Below, piece by piece: positions 22,373 through 32,611 of a stretch of 64,000 bases of DNA (position 1 is its first letter; every line of letters starts with the position of its first letter). The notes beneath the pieces were generated by a model. The model was not told the DNA's origin. It did not search any database and saw nothing but the letters and a program-made list of their open reading frames with translations. The stretch is from the NCBI GenBank assembly GCA_000004985.1, contig GG738859.1. One strand, given 5' to 3'. The position numbers and the translations under genes are program-made. This DNA comes from Naegleria gruberi (Eukaryota).

Positions 22373-24226
22373 TTACTTTCTTGCACTCTTTGAACTGCTT
22401 CTTGGAGGAACTAAACTTGTTCCATTTCGTTCTCTGTAAAGTTTTAACATTCTTGATACATCCTTAGTGTTGATTGTTGGTATTTCTTGTTGTACATATC
22501 CATCATATTTCTTAATGAAGGTATTCAATGAGAGATCAAAAAGGGATGAAACGAGAACAGGTTTCTTTACCTCTTTCTTAGGTGGAGCTTTTTTTTTATC
22601 TTCTTCAGGAGTCTCTGTCGGGCTCTCACTTCTATCTTTACTATTTTGGGAATTGAGCAAACAACAAATGTATTGAATTTTAGTTTCTTCAATAAGATAA
22701 GTTGTATAACTTCCAATTTTGGCCCTGTTGAGCTCCTCCTCTTTTGTCTTAAATAATTTACCAAGATAACCCATCTTGAAGCTCTCAATAAAGTAGTCCA
22801 GTGATAATTGAATATTATTTTCCACATTGAAATAGTATTCTCCCAATATTTTGTACACAAAACCGTCGATATATTGCTTGGAAGAATCCAATTGATACAG
22901 CATTTCAAAATCTTCCACTGTATCCTTGATAGAGCCAGATAATAAAAAACATGATCCTCTCGATTTGTAAAGGGCTGGTTCATCAGGAAGTTCTCCAATT
23001 GCCATATTGAGGCAGAACATTGCTTTGTCTGTTTCATTTCTGTCCATTAAGATTGTAGCTTTGGAGACATAAGAATCCACCAATAGAGGTGGATTATCTA
23101 GCGGCTTTTTGTCAATGCAAGATGAGAATGCAAACAATGCATCCTCAATTCTTCCAATGATCAAAAGCAAATGTCCATAATGGTTCAAATATTCAATGCT
23201 ATCAGAATTAACTTTTACAAGAGCCTCATAGATAGAAATGGCATCCTCAATTTCTCCATTTTTTTCATGATTTGCAGCTGTTTTCTCGTATTCAGCACAA
23301 AATTGAGGATCCAAATCTCTAATTTTCTTAAAATCTTTCTTAGCATCGTCAAGATAACCTAATTGCGACAAGACATCACCTCTTAAAAAATAAATGTAAG
23401 GATCTTGATCATCTACGTCATTGATAATTCTGTTGAAACTGTCAAATGCTCCATTTAAATCTTGTAATGTGGAACAACATTTTCCAAGACTGACCAGGAC
23501 AGTTTTTGTTGGATGTTCAATTTTCAAATATTTCTCAAATTCTCTTCTTCCCTGATCAAAATCTTGTAAGTGAACATAACAATCTCCTCTTACAAAGTAT
23601 GCAGATGAAACAAAAGGATCTTTTTCCAAACAAACACTCAAGAATTCAATTGATTCTTGATAATTCCCAGCTCTCCAAAGTGATTCTCCTAGCATATTAT
23701 AAACTTCTGGTCCATTCATATCTTCTTTTATACATTCCTTAAACAATGCAGCTGCATCAACAAATTGTTCATTTAAATATAATTCCTTTGCTGTTTCCAA
23801 TTTTCTTTCTCTTTCTAACCTTATTTCCTCCGGTTTTGGTTTGAAGGCTTTTGAGTTTTTTCTTCCCTTTTTGTATTCCTCAACTAGTTTTCTACTAAAA
23901 TCAGTGCTCAACATTTCATAAGGTGTTTTCTTTGGTCTGATAATTGGATTCTGTTTTCTATACTCTCTTTCTTTAGACTCTATGAATCTTGAATGATACA
24001 AGGTTTTGCAATAATTCATATATCTGTCAGTGTAAAATTTTGAATCCCTCTTCATGGTTCCTTCCCGAATGGTTGATGTCTCGTAAACTTTGTTAATCTT
24101 AACAACCGGTTGATTGTATTCATTAAATACCACAACTTTTGATTTTTCATCCCTCCTACTCTTAACATTTGATGAATTGAGTACCGATGATGAGTTTAAA
24201 CTATTGCTCGTTTCTGATGATGGCAT
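22373..24226 (-). CDS. TPR-repeat protein (617 aa)
   Basis: Multiple 34-aa TPR-like repeats (AxxYxxLGxxxxxxGxYxxAIxxFxxAL...DP pattern). Single ORF. Its stop lies 5 nt from the NOC4 stop on the opposite strand. Confidence 0.6.
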   Translation of the reverse strand: MPSSETSNSLNSSSVLNSSNVKSRRDEKSKVVVFNEYNQPVVKINKVYETSTIREGTMKRDSKFYTDRYMNYCKTLYHSRFIESKEREYRKQNPIIRPKKTPYEMLSTDFSRKLVEEYKKGRKNSKAFKPKPEEIRLERERKLETAKELYLNEQFVDAAALFKECIKEDMNGPEVYNMLGESLWRAGNYQESIEFLSVCLEKDPFVSSAYFVRGDCYVHLQDFDQGRREFEKYLKIEHPTKTVLVSLGKCCSTLQDLNGAFDSFNRIINDVDDQDPYIYFLRGDVLSQLGYLDDAKKDFKKIRDLDPQFCAEYEKTAANHEKNGEIEDAISIYEALVKVNSDSIEYLNHYGHLLLIIGRIEDALFAFSSCIDKKPLDNPPLLVDSYVSKATILMDRNETDKAMFCLNMAIGELPDEPALYKSRGSCFLLSGSIKDTVEDFEMLYQLDSSKQYIDGFVYKILGEYYFNVENNIQLSLDYFIESFKMGYLGKLFKTKEEELNRAKIGSYTTYLIEETKIQYICCLLNSQNSKDRSESPTETPEEDKKKAPPKKEVKKPVLVSSLFDLSLNTFIKKYDGYVQQEIPTINTKDVSRMLKLYRERNGTSLVPPRSSSKSARK

Positions 24227-24411
24227 GAATATATTTACAGTTTTTTTTATTTTACCATCAGCTAATATCGTAAATTTTTGGCGCCTATTATTAAATAATA
24301 GAAATATTTACAAGATATCTAACAACACAACCTATTTCCATCCACACAACAGCATGTTGCAGCAATAATTATAAAATTAATCAAGATTAATAAATAATAA
24401 TATTAAAAAAA

Positions 24412-26441
24412 ATGCTTCACACAACATCAACATGTACCTTTCAAGGTCATGAACTAGCCTTGCACATCAATTTAGTGTGTAGGAAATTTAGAAAAATATT
24501 ATCGGAAGAGTTGAAAAGTTCTTATTGTGATGAACCTAAACATAATCAATTATTTGTATTGGACAAGATTCAAAATTTTACCTTGTCTTTTGTTACAAAA
24601 GGAGATTTTGAACAGAGAATTATTCCTCAAAATATTAAATTTAATGAATCAACAATGCCACCAAAAGAAAGGCTTTGTTTCTTTGGTGAATGTTGTGTTT
24701 CTTTAATTCAATCACTTTGTTTCCATTCAATGTCCCATTTTACTTCTCTTGCTGAATTAATTGATTATTGGAAAGGAAGAGAAGAATCACCTGTTAACGC
24801 CATGTTAGAATTAGGACCTCTTTATTGGATTAAATTATTTTATAATCAAATTATTAACACCTTTTTTGGAAATGAAAAAATTATACCAAAGTTAAATCCT
24901 TCAAAGATTTTAGAACTCATAGATAACATCAAGATGAAACAAAGAAGTCCTTCAAGAGATTTGAATGAACTTTTAGAAAAATTATCCAAAGTTGAAATTT
25001 GTCATGCTTTTATTTGTGGACATTTGTTGAATATTCTTCATAAATTCCAAGCTGTTAGAAGTATTGACGAAATTCATGATGTTTCAATTGAATTTTTAGA
25101 TTTTATTGATGGTTTATACATTGAAAGATTTAATGATAGCGCTCTTTCTGGTGATGCTCTTTTTGAAAAACATTTCCAAATTCACCCTCTTCAAGAAGAA
25201 TCTGTTAAACAATCTAATATTATGAAGAGAAGTTTATTCCATAATGGCATTGGTCCAGTGGCTTTAGAAGTTGATTTTAATCATAATAATAGAACATCAT
25301 CACCATCTGTTATTTCTACACCATATACAAATTATGATGACGATAATGCTAGTTTTATTTCAGATAGATCTCGTGCAATGACAACAATAGCTCGCGATAA
25401 TACTGAATTAACTCTTGAACAATTCTTGGATAAGATTGATGCAGTTATGCAACGTTGCAGAAATTGGAATCACATTACAAATTACTATTTGAGACAATAT
25501 AAGAAACCAAATCATTTCCATAGAAATTGGATAAGATATGCTTTAGGTTTCACATTCACAGCATTTGCAAGTTATTATACTTACAAACATTTTGATGAGA
25601 TTGTTAAACTTTCTAAGGAAGCTTACAACAGTGTCACTAGATTTGTCAATAACTCAATTATTGAACCACTCTATAATATTTATTCAATTATCCACTATGA
25701 TGAACACAAACACAAACTAGTTTCTTTGGACGATGTTCAAGTATCTATGAAATCTCTTGAACGTATGGTGAATGATTTTGTTAAGGATACTCATCCAAAT
25801 GCTACAGAACAAGAACTTACCATCTTTTTAGAACAAGCAAAGAAGGGAGATATTACTCTTGTCATGGAAACATATGAAAAAGAGTTAAAGAGGCCATTTG
25901 CTAATGCTATTTTTGGTAGTCTTGCTAGAGCATTGCTGATTCAAGTTCAAAAGCAAAAATTAGCTCTTGAACAATCAATGATTAGGTAAGTTGTTTATCT
26001 CAATATTTCAATAACATTCAAAATAATAGTATGGATTCATTGCTGAAACAAAATGAACTAAACGTGGAGCTTGTTGCTACTGTCCCAGGAGTTCTTTTAT
26101 TCTCATTTGCTTATTATCAACTTTCATCCTATAAGAGAAAGACTGATTTTTCAACAATCACAGCACCAATGTCTAGACAATTTATTTCTATTGAAAGAAT
26201 TTTGAATAGAAATATTAATCAGTCAAGACTTCCACTTCAAGACTATGGTTTTGTTTATTTATATACATGTAGAATTAGAGCATTGGCCAGTAAATTCTCA
26301 ACACTCAATGAACATCCAAGGTTGAACAGTGATTTTACAAGTGATTTGAATGAACTCAACTCTGTGACAATGACTCCACATCAAAAATTCAATACCATTT
26401 TACGTATGAATAGAGAATATAAGTTTTTAAATGAACTATAA
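24412..26441 (+). CDS. NCA2 (nuclear control of ATPase 2) family protein. Exons 24412..25985 and 26030..26441.
   Basis: C-terminal block GSLARALLIQVQKQKLALEQSMI-S-MDSLLKQNELNVELVATVPGVLL resembles the Nca2 conserved region (LLIQIQKxKVD...LLKSQQLVFGVVG). The 44-nt GTAAGT...TAG intron restores frame; a phase-2 junction makes an agt codon. Confidence 0.5.
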
Positions 26442-26625
26442 AAGGCAAATAAATGAAAAGAAGTTTAGCGTCTTTTAAGTTAGCTCTTCCTTCAAATTTT
26501 TCCAATGTAATATATTGTTCTGTATTTGGTAATATCAAAATAAAATATTAATTCTCTGACTTTTGGTATTGAATCTAAAAATTCACTTGGATAATGATGC
26601 TCTGAGTACCTGACTAGTCCTTATT

Positions 26626-27558
26626 TTGATTGTATTAAAATCGAACCTTCTTTCCTTGATTTATAAACTTAATACAATTATGAGAATGAACCCATTGATG
26701 CTTAAAGTTTTTATGTCATCATTTTCATCATCAGCATATTGTTTTGTTTCTAAGGCTTTGAGATTTTTTTTTGGCGCAAATTTGAAAAAAATGATTCTAT
26801 TGGTTGTGATTGTTATTTCTCTCGTGTTGTATGGACTGTTTTATCGGGAAAAGGCTATTGATGAAGAGTGGGGATTTAATTATTGGAAAATATACGATGA
26901 TTATCAGATGGATCGATTTATTGGCCACTTGTTTTTGAACAAGAACATATCACAATTAATTTTTAATATTTATTTGCTATTTTATATTAATATGTATTCA
27001 AGATATTTTAATTATTCGTATTTGGAGGAGATGCTTCAAATTGTTAATTTTATACTAGTTAATTATTGGGTTAATTTCTTGATCTTTAAATATGTAATAA
27101 TCAAATATGGAGAATTAGAAAAACATTTCTCAGGAAAATATATTGTTGGAATTCATTCATTGATTTACAGCTTTAACATGTACTTGTATTTATCAAAGGA
27201 TATTAATACGTTTGGATTTGATGCCTTATGTAGTTTATTGTGTGGCGATTTTCTTTCTCATTTCACTGGAGCTGTTTCTGGGATAATTGTGTATCTTTAT
27301 TTTAATTCTAGTAGAGGAATTGTTGTTCCATTATTGATGTGTTTGGGAATGGCTCTTCTTTTAATTGAATTCAATAGGAAATGGAGATTAAAAATTAAGA
27401 ATAGCTGCATAGAAAATTCGAATGAGGGTTTCACGTATTCAGAAGAGGAAGATCAAGATGAAAGCAAAAGTGAAGAGGAATACTTCTCAGATAATTCCAT
27501 TTATTCTGTAGAATCAGTTGATTATGGTGGATACATAACCAGTGAAATGATAGGTTGA
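26626..27558 (+). CDS. Multi-pass membrane protein, possibly rhomboid-like (probably non-catalytic). The true start may be an internal Met.
   Basis: Six to seven hydrophobic segments. DRFIGHLFLNKNISQLIFNIYLLFY resembles rhomboid TM2 (WRLxTxxFLHxxxxHLxxNM). SHFTGAVSG resembles the TM6 AHxxGxxxG motif. No clean GxSG. Confidence 0.35.
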   Translation: MIVLKSNLLSLIYKLNTIMRMNPLMLKVFMSSFSSSAYCFVSKALRFFFGANLKKMILLVVIVISLVLYGLFYREKAIDEEWGFNYWKIYDDYQMDRFIGHLFLNKNISQLIFNIYLLFYINMYSRYFNYSYLEEMLQIVNFILVNYWVNFLIFKYVIIKYGELEKHFSGKYIVGIHSLIYSFNMYLYLSKDINTFGFDALCSLLCGDFLSHFTGAVSGIIVYLYFNSSRGIVVPLLMCLGMALLLIEFNRKWRLKIKNSCIENSNEGFTYSEEEDQDESKSEEEYFSDNSIYSVESVDYGGYITSEMIG

Positions 27559-27953
27559 GACAAATAATGTAAATGTTGGCAAATCGTATTATTTAGAGAC
27601 AAAATGGTAGATAGAATCAAATCTTAATTTTAGCTAAGATGTGTTTGAATAATACGAAATATTGATCAGGGCTTAAACAAAAATAGCCCAAGATGAAATA
27701 AGCGAAAAATAGGGTTATCCTTTCGTTATTCAATTGATTAAGTTGAATCACTAGTTGTGGGGTATTTACAAATTGAGCAAAATATTAGACACTGAGAAGG
27801 AATCATTCAAGAATCCTTGATTATCTTTACAATCAACATTTGAGAAGTGTAGCCATGAATTTGCAGAGATATTAATAAAACTCAGCTAATTCTATTTTCC
27901 TTTTAAACAATAATTGCCTCTTTCATTGTTCAAGGAAAATTAACTCGAAAAAA

Positions 27954-28160
27954 ATGTTAGAACATCAAGAATTTGTAAAGACATCTTTCCATGAAGTAAA
28001 ACAGGCGTCATCGGGATTGTTGGCAAAATCATATAGACAATGTCCTTCGGAGGCAAAGACTTATGCTCTTTGTGTTCATAAAAATGTAACTAGATTAAAA
28101 CAGGACCTCTGTTCAAAGGAAATTCAATCACTTATGGAATGTATAAAGCGAGCATTGTAA
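27954..28160 (+). CDS. Small twin Cx9C (CHCH-type) protein, probably mitochondrial intermembrane space
   Basis: CPSEAKTYALC and CSKEIQSLMEC are two exact Cx9C motifs in a 68-aa ORF. Normal, non-low-complexity composition. Confidence 0.45.
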   Translation: MLEHQEFVKTSFHEVKQASSGLLAKSYRQCPSEAKTYALCVHKNVTRLKQDLCSKEIQSLMECIKRAL

Positions 28161-28560
28161 ATTTAAAAAAATCTAAGAACACCAAGTGTAAATAATGTAA
28201 ATAAATAACAGTGAAAAGGTATCATCATTACGACAGGAGAAAATCATTAGGCTGGTTGTGTTGTTTAAATTTTCAGAGATTTTTTCTCTGGATGATGAAA
28301 AAAAATGATGAAACAATTATCGTTACTTTTTGTTCTCTTCCTCACCCTGTCGAGTGTGATGATGATGGTTTCCGCTGATTCAACAACAACAACATTAGGA
28401 GAAAAGAGTTATTGTATCAATGAATTGGATGATAGTTTTATTAACAAGTAATGTATCATCATGTCGATTTAAAGTGTTTTAATAATAATTATTATCTTGT
28501 TCATTGTGATGAAAAAACCTATATAGATGTCATCGTCAAGTACCAACAAACTTTTTAACA

Positions 28561-29410
28561 ATGGTTGCTAATTTTGTTGTTCAATGGGTAAATCCGAGAA
28601 CATTGGCTATTACAGCAGTCATATTTTTACTTGCAATTCCAGTTTTACAAATTGCTTCTGTTAGAAGAGATTCACAAATTATTCGTCATACTCTTGCCAA
28701 GTTTTTACACAACAAGATTGTAATTTTGAATTGTAGGTTTTCAGTTTGAACTTTTACTGAAATATTTCAATAGTTTTACATAGAGTCTGTTATACTCTCG
28801 TTTTGGATGTTGCCTTATATACTGTATTCAGACAAATTAGACCATGTAGTTGTACTACTGATGGAGGAAATACTTTTCAACATTTTGGAAGTCGATATGG
28901 AATGCCATCTGGTGATGCTATGAGTGGAGCAATTTTTGGAATTTTCCTTTTTGATGTTGCCCCTTATCATGGGTGGTTGGCTAGAGCTTTTGCCATTATC
29001 ATTATCCCAATTGTTTGTTTGGAAAGAGTTGTTTTGGGGTATCACACTGTAGCTCAAGTCACTGTTGGCTCATGCATGGGTATTGCTTTGCATTACTATT
29101 CTACTAGAGCTCCTCAATTCATGATCTTCTTTGACGGTATTGTTCAAATCGTTTTAGGTGCCATTCTTCTTCAAGTTGATCCATCTCTTGTCAATGAAAG
29201 AGATTCAATGAGTAAGTTTTTTTAATGATTTCAATTTTATTTGACACTTTAATAGATAACTTGTTCTCTTGGTATGTCTGGGGTGTTTCTTTCCAAATTT
29301 ATGTTTTCATGGAAATGTAAGTTCAGCTATTGAGAATTGATTTTATTAACTATTTTTAACAGTGGAAGATACTATTTCAAGAAGAAGAATTTCAAGAAGA
29401 TCAGATATAG
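28561..29410 (+). CDS. Dolichyldiphosphatase-like PAP2 family protein (DOLPP1/CWH8-like). Exons approximately 28561..28732, 28774..29211, 29258..29316, 29364..29410. A possible extra 5' exon at 28305..28447 is uncertain.
   Basis: QIRPCSCTTDGGNTFQHFGSRYGMPSGDAMSG matches human DOLPP1 [37 protein letters not shown] matches SRVYLLYHTWSQV. GTAGGT and GTAAGT donors. The 3' exons are approximate. Confidence 0.5.
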
Positions 29411-29695
29411 TTTGCAACACTTGATTTCCACTAAGCAAATTGGTGAAGAAGTTGACTCTGATATTGATCATGAAAAGGATACCAAGCATCTTGATGCTCA
29501 AATGGATGTTACTAAATTGACTGACTTTGGATTTACTTGTATTTCGTTCACACTGATGTCAATTATTAACTTCTTCAGTACAGCCATCGGCCAAGAAGGT
29601 TGGCTAACTAAAATGCACTAAATACCATAAATTAACTTATTAAAAGAACTTCTTTACTCACAAGAAAGCATTCTCTTTTTTGTGGATCAAGATGG

Positions 29696-30536
29696 TCATT
29701 TCATATGTGCCCTTAGTAAACGTATCAGAAAGTTCAATGCCTCATGGGTATTCTCATCTGTTTCTGTTGATCTTACTGTACACACTCCTTCCACTAAAAG
29801 TAGTTTTTCAAACATCATGTTTCGTTGCTCAATTAATTCTTGTAAATATTCATACTTCTTCTCGTTTCGTTCAAGTTTTAACCTTATTTCTTGCTCCAAT
29901 TGTGAACAAAAATGATCAATATCCTCTTGTGATGTTGGTAAATAGTCATTCAGATCATCATTGTACATATCATCTTGCCTGAGAAAATTTTCAATATCCT
30001 GCTCAGCTAGGATGGGAAATAACTTCTTTCTGTATTCTGCATTCTTAATGTAATTAATTGGAGGATTACTCTTTTGTTTTCTTCCAAGAGCACAAACTGC
30101 AGTCTCTCTTCGATCCGTCACTTCTGAATTATCTATCGTTTCAAAATTTCTTGCAGCAAATGTATAGATCCACTGAAGGAATTCAATATTATCTTGTAAC
30201 TTCCCATTTGAAATCTTATCTGATGGTATCGAATAAGGAATCTTCAATTGGGAAAATAATTTCTGTAATTTATCCAAATTTCCCTTCCTATCCAATGGAT
30301 ACGTAGCATTGAAATTAATTCTAGTGAGAGGAAGTTGCTCCGGAAACATTGCATCAAATAACAAAATATAAGCAACGCCATCACTAAATTCCTCCAATTT
30401 TGTATAAGCTGTTTCCAGTATAGCATTCACCCACTCCAATAATTCTAAATTATAATAATTAATTCCTCAATATTTGTTCTTTTTGATCAAAAAGTAACGT
30501 ACCCTTTCTCCCTATTGGAATAAGTTTTGCGGGCAT
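29696..30536 (-). CDS. EB1: EB1 (microtubule plus-end binding protein, MAPRE family). Exons 30536..30503 and 30444..29696.
   Basis: CH-domain pattern: WVNAILETAYTKLEEFSDGVAYILLFDAMFPEQLP...IPYSIPSDKISNGKLQDNIEFLQWIYTF parallels EB1 WINESLQ...[21 protein letters not shown]...[24 protein letters not shown]. C-terminal coiled-coil/EBH-like region. The 58-nt intron (GTACGT...TTTAG) follows a short first exon MPAKLIPIGRK. Confidence 0.65.
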
Positions 30537-30660
30537 GTTCAGTTTTTCATTTCTCATTTTTTTTACATAATTTAAATTAAGGCGGGAACTTTTTCTCTCT
30601 TGTCTAGCCCCATTGAAGTAATTGATTTTGATGTGCGCTCGATTAAGATATCATAAAAAA

Positions 30661-31233
30661 ATGAACGCACTTCTATTGAGTGATAATGATAAAGCAAAGA
30701 TGTTGCATGCACTTGGCCCCCTTATTCAGAGATTGGAACAAAGAAAATCTGTCAGAATCCAATGCTTTAATCAATCTCTGACATTGAGTTCAATTTTACA
30801 AAGTTTGAGTAGTTTAATTGTTCGATATGTATTTGAAGAAAAGTCAGTTGGACTTCTCCGAAACCTCAATGTCAGTCTAGTTGGAAAAACCATCTCTAAT
30901 GAATTTGAAAAATCTAGGTGGGAAAATATTAAGAATGAAATTCTTGAGGATACTTATTGGAAAGGAACGATAGCAACATTAATTAGAGTTTGGTTATTGT
31001 GCGATCATTGTTGTCGATCCATCAATGCTGCCCTCAATATTGATCCAATTTCAAGTATTTCAGAGCAAGACGAAATGCCAACAACTTTTGAATTGAGACA
31101 AGCAGTGAGAAACAACTTTTCGGATGGATTAAACCCATATTTTCAAGATAAGGGATTTTCTATTCAAGACCTCAATCAAATGTTAAACACCCTTGATCAA
31201 TTACAAAATTATTTATCCAACCCTGTTATTTGA
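30661..31233 (+). CDS. Hypothetical protein (about 190 aa). The ORF is open from 30622; the likely start is the Met preceded by an A-run.
   Basis: Clean ORF with cataaaaaaaATG context. Non-repetitive sequence. No family recognised. Confidence 0.4.
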   Translation: MNALLLSDNDKAKMLHALGPLIQRLEQRKSVRIQCFNQSLTLSSILQSLSSLIVRYVFEEKSVGLLRNLNVSLVGKTISNEFEKSRWENIKNEILEDTYWKGTIATLIRVWLLCDHCCRSINAALNIDPISSISEQDEMPTTFELRQAVRNNFSDGLNPYFQDKGFSIQDLNQMLNTLDQLQNYLSNPVI

Positions 31234-31481
31234 AAATACGTGTTTGTTATTTTTCATTGTTGTAAAAAATCTAAACTGCTAAAATAAAAAAAGTGAAACC
31301 TTCATCGTCTCTCTCACGAACGTCCTCGTCTTTATCGACAACTTCAACATCAACAGCACCATCAGCTTCGGATTGGGTTTTAATTGATAAAAAATCCTTG
31401 AAATCATCTCCAAGATCTCCATCATTAAATAATCAAAATTCTGATTTATCATCACCAACTTCTCCATCATTAAATAACATC

Positions 31482-32108
31482 ATGGGTGCTATCTTTTCGC
31501 TTTTTCATAAGAAGGAAACAAAAGTCAGTGAACAGGACAAGGCTGTTCTAGAATTAAAAACTCAACGTGACAAAATCAAGGTCTACCAAAAGAAATTACA
31601 AACAGTTATTCAGAAAGAACGAGATGTGGCCAAACAATTGGTACAAGAAGGAAAGAAGGATTTGGCCATGTTGGCTTTAAAGAAGAAAAAGTATCAAGAA
31701 AGTTTATTAGAAAAAACTCATAAACAATTAGATAATCTCCAACAAATGGTTGATCAATTAGAATTTGCTCAAATTGAAAAACAAATTTTGGATGGACTTA
31801 AACAAGGAAAACAAGCTTTGGATACTTTACAAAAGGAAATGGGATCATTGGAAGATATTGAAAAATTGATGGACGAAACACGTGAAGCAATTCAATATCA
31901 AGAAGAAGTCAGTAGAATCTTGAGTGAAAGTCTTACACCTGAAGATCTTACTGATGTTGAAGAAGATTTGAACGAATTGGAAGCACAATTGTTAAAGGAA
32001 AATATGCCAAAAGTCAACAAAACACCTCTTCCTACTGTAGAAAAACCATCCGAAGTTGAAATTGAGCAAGACGAAGAGGAAGATGAAAGAAAAGCTGTAC
32101 AACTCTAA
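31482..32108 (+). CDS. CHMP6: CHMP6/Vps20 (ESCRT-III, Snf7 family), N-myristoylation signal MGAIFS
   Basis: MGAIFSLFHKKETKVSEQDKAVLELKTQRDKIKVYQKKLQ...LALKKKKYQESLLEKTHKQLDNLQQMVDQLEFAQIEKQ matches human CHMP6 MGNLFGRKKQSRVTEQDKAILQLKQQRDKLRQYQKRI...LLKKKRYQEQLLDRTENQISSLEAMVQSIEFTQIEMK. The in-frame S/T-rich extension 31293..31481 is probably not translated. Confidence 0.85.
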   Translation: MGAIFSLFHKKETKVSEQDKAVLELKTQRDKIKVYQKKLQTVIQKERDVAKQLVQEGKKDLAMLALKKKKYQESLLEKTHKQLDNLQQMVDQLEFAQIEKQILDGLKQGKQALDTLQKEMGSLEDIEKLMDETREAIQYQEEVSRILSESLTPEDLTDVEEDLNELEAQLLKENMPKVNKTPLPTVEKPSEVEIEQDEEEDERKAVQL

Positions 32109-32128
32109 AATTTATATACACAGCTAAT

Positions 32129-32572
32129 CTACACTCTAACTGCAAAAACAGTAGTAACACAGTGGATTGTGTCATTATTCCAACATTCGGAAATCATTTG
32201 ATCAGTTGATTGACCTTCCCAGTGAGCTACGCATGATGAGTGAAGACCAGCTCCAGTTCTTTGCATAATTATACACGTTACAACATATTTATAGGGTTTT
32301 CCATTCACTTTTCCGTTACTATCAGGCAGTAACATTTGTTCTTGATTATTCTGTAAACCCTTTAATATTCCTTCAAGTAATGTTGAAGTCCATGTATCCA
32401 CTTTTTGAGCATGGTATTGTGCATCCTTTAAAACAGTTAATAAATTTTCTCTTATTATTAATTTAATTTTTGAATCATCAATAGCAACTGAAGACTGTAT
32501 TCAGTTTGTATGAAAGTCCTTCATCAAAATACAAACCTCAAAATCGTCCTTCACAACAGCACCTAAAGACAT
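32129..32572 (-). CDS. Dynein light chain Tctex-1 family (DYNLT). Exons 32572..32537 and 32496..32129.
   Basis: C-terminus KPYKYVVTCIIMQRTGAGLHSSCVAHWEGQSTDQMISECWNNDTIHCVTTVFAV matches Tctex-1 [33 protein letters not shown]...TMYCIVSAFGL. The 40-nt intron GTTTGT...ACAG is required to avoid an in-frame stop. Confidence 0.75.
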
Positions 32573-32611
32573 TTTTTTGTAGAATTAATTTTAAATAAAG
32601 GCGCGAAAAAA

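Noticed and set aside
28305-28447. Signal-peptide-like exon (MMKQLSLLFVLFLTLSSVMMMVSA...) as the first exon of the dolichyldiphosphatase-like gene
   Set aside because: DOLPP1 homologs start with the TM region that here begins at the ATG at 28561. The upstream ORF can be spliced in frame but has no homology support. It is kept only as an alternative.
29337-29982. ORFs 29337..29621, 29680..29982 and 29682..29915 on the + strand
   Set aside because: They overlap the 3' region of the PAP2-like gene in another frame and are antisense to the EB1 coding exon. There are no start contexts or homology, so they are most likely spurious.
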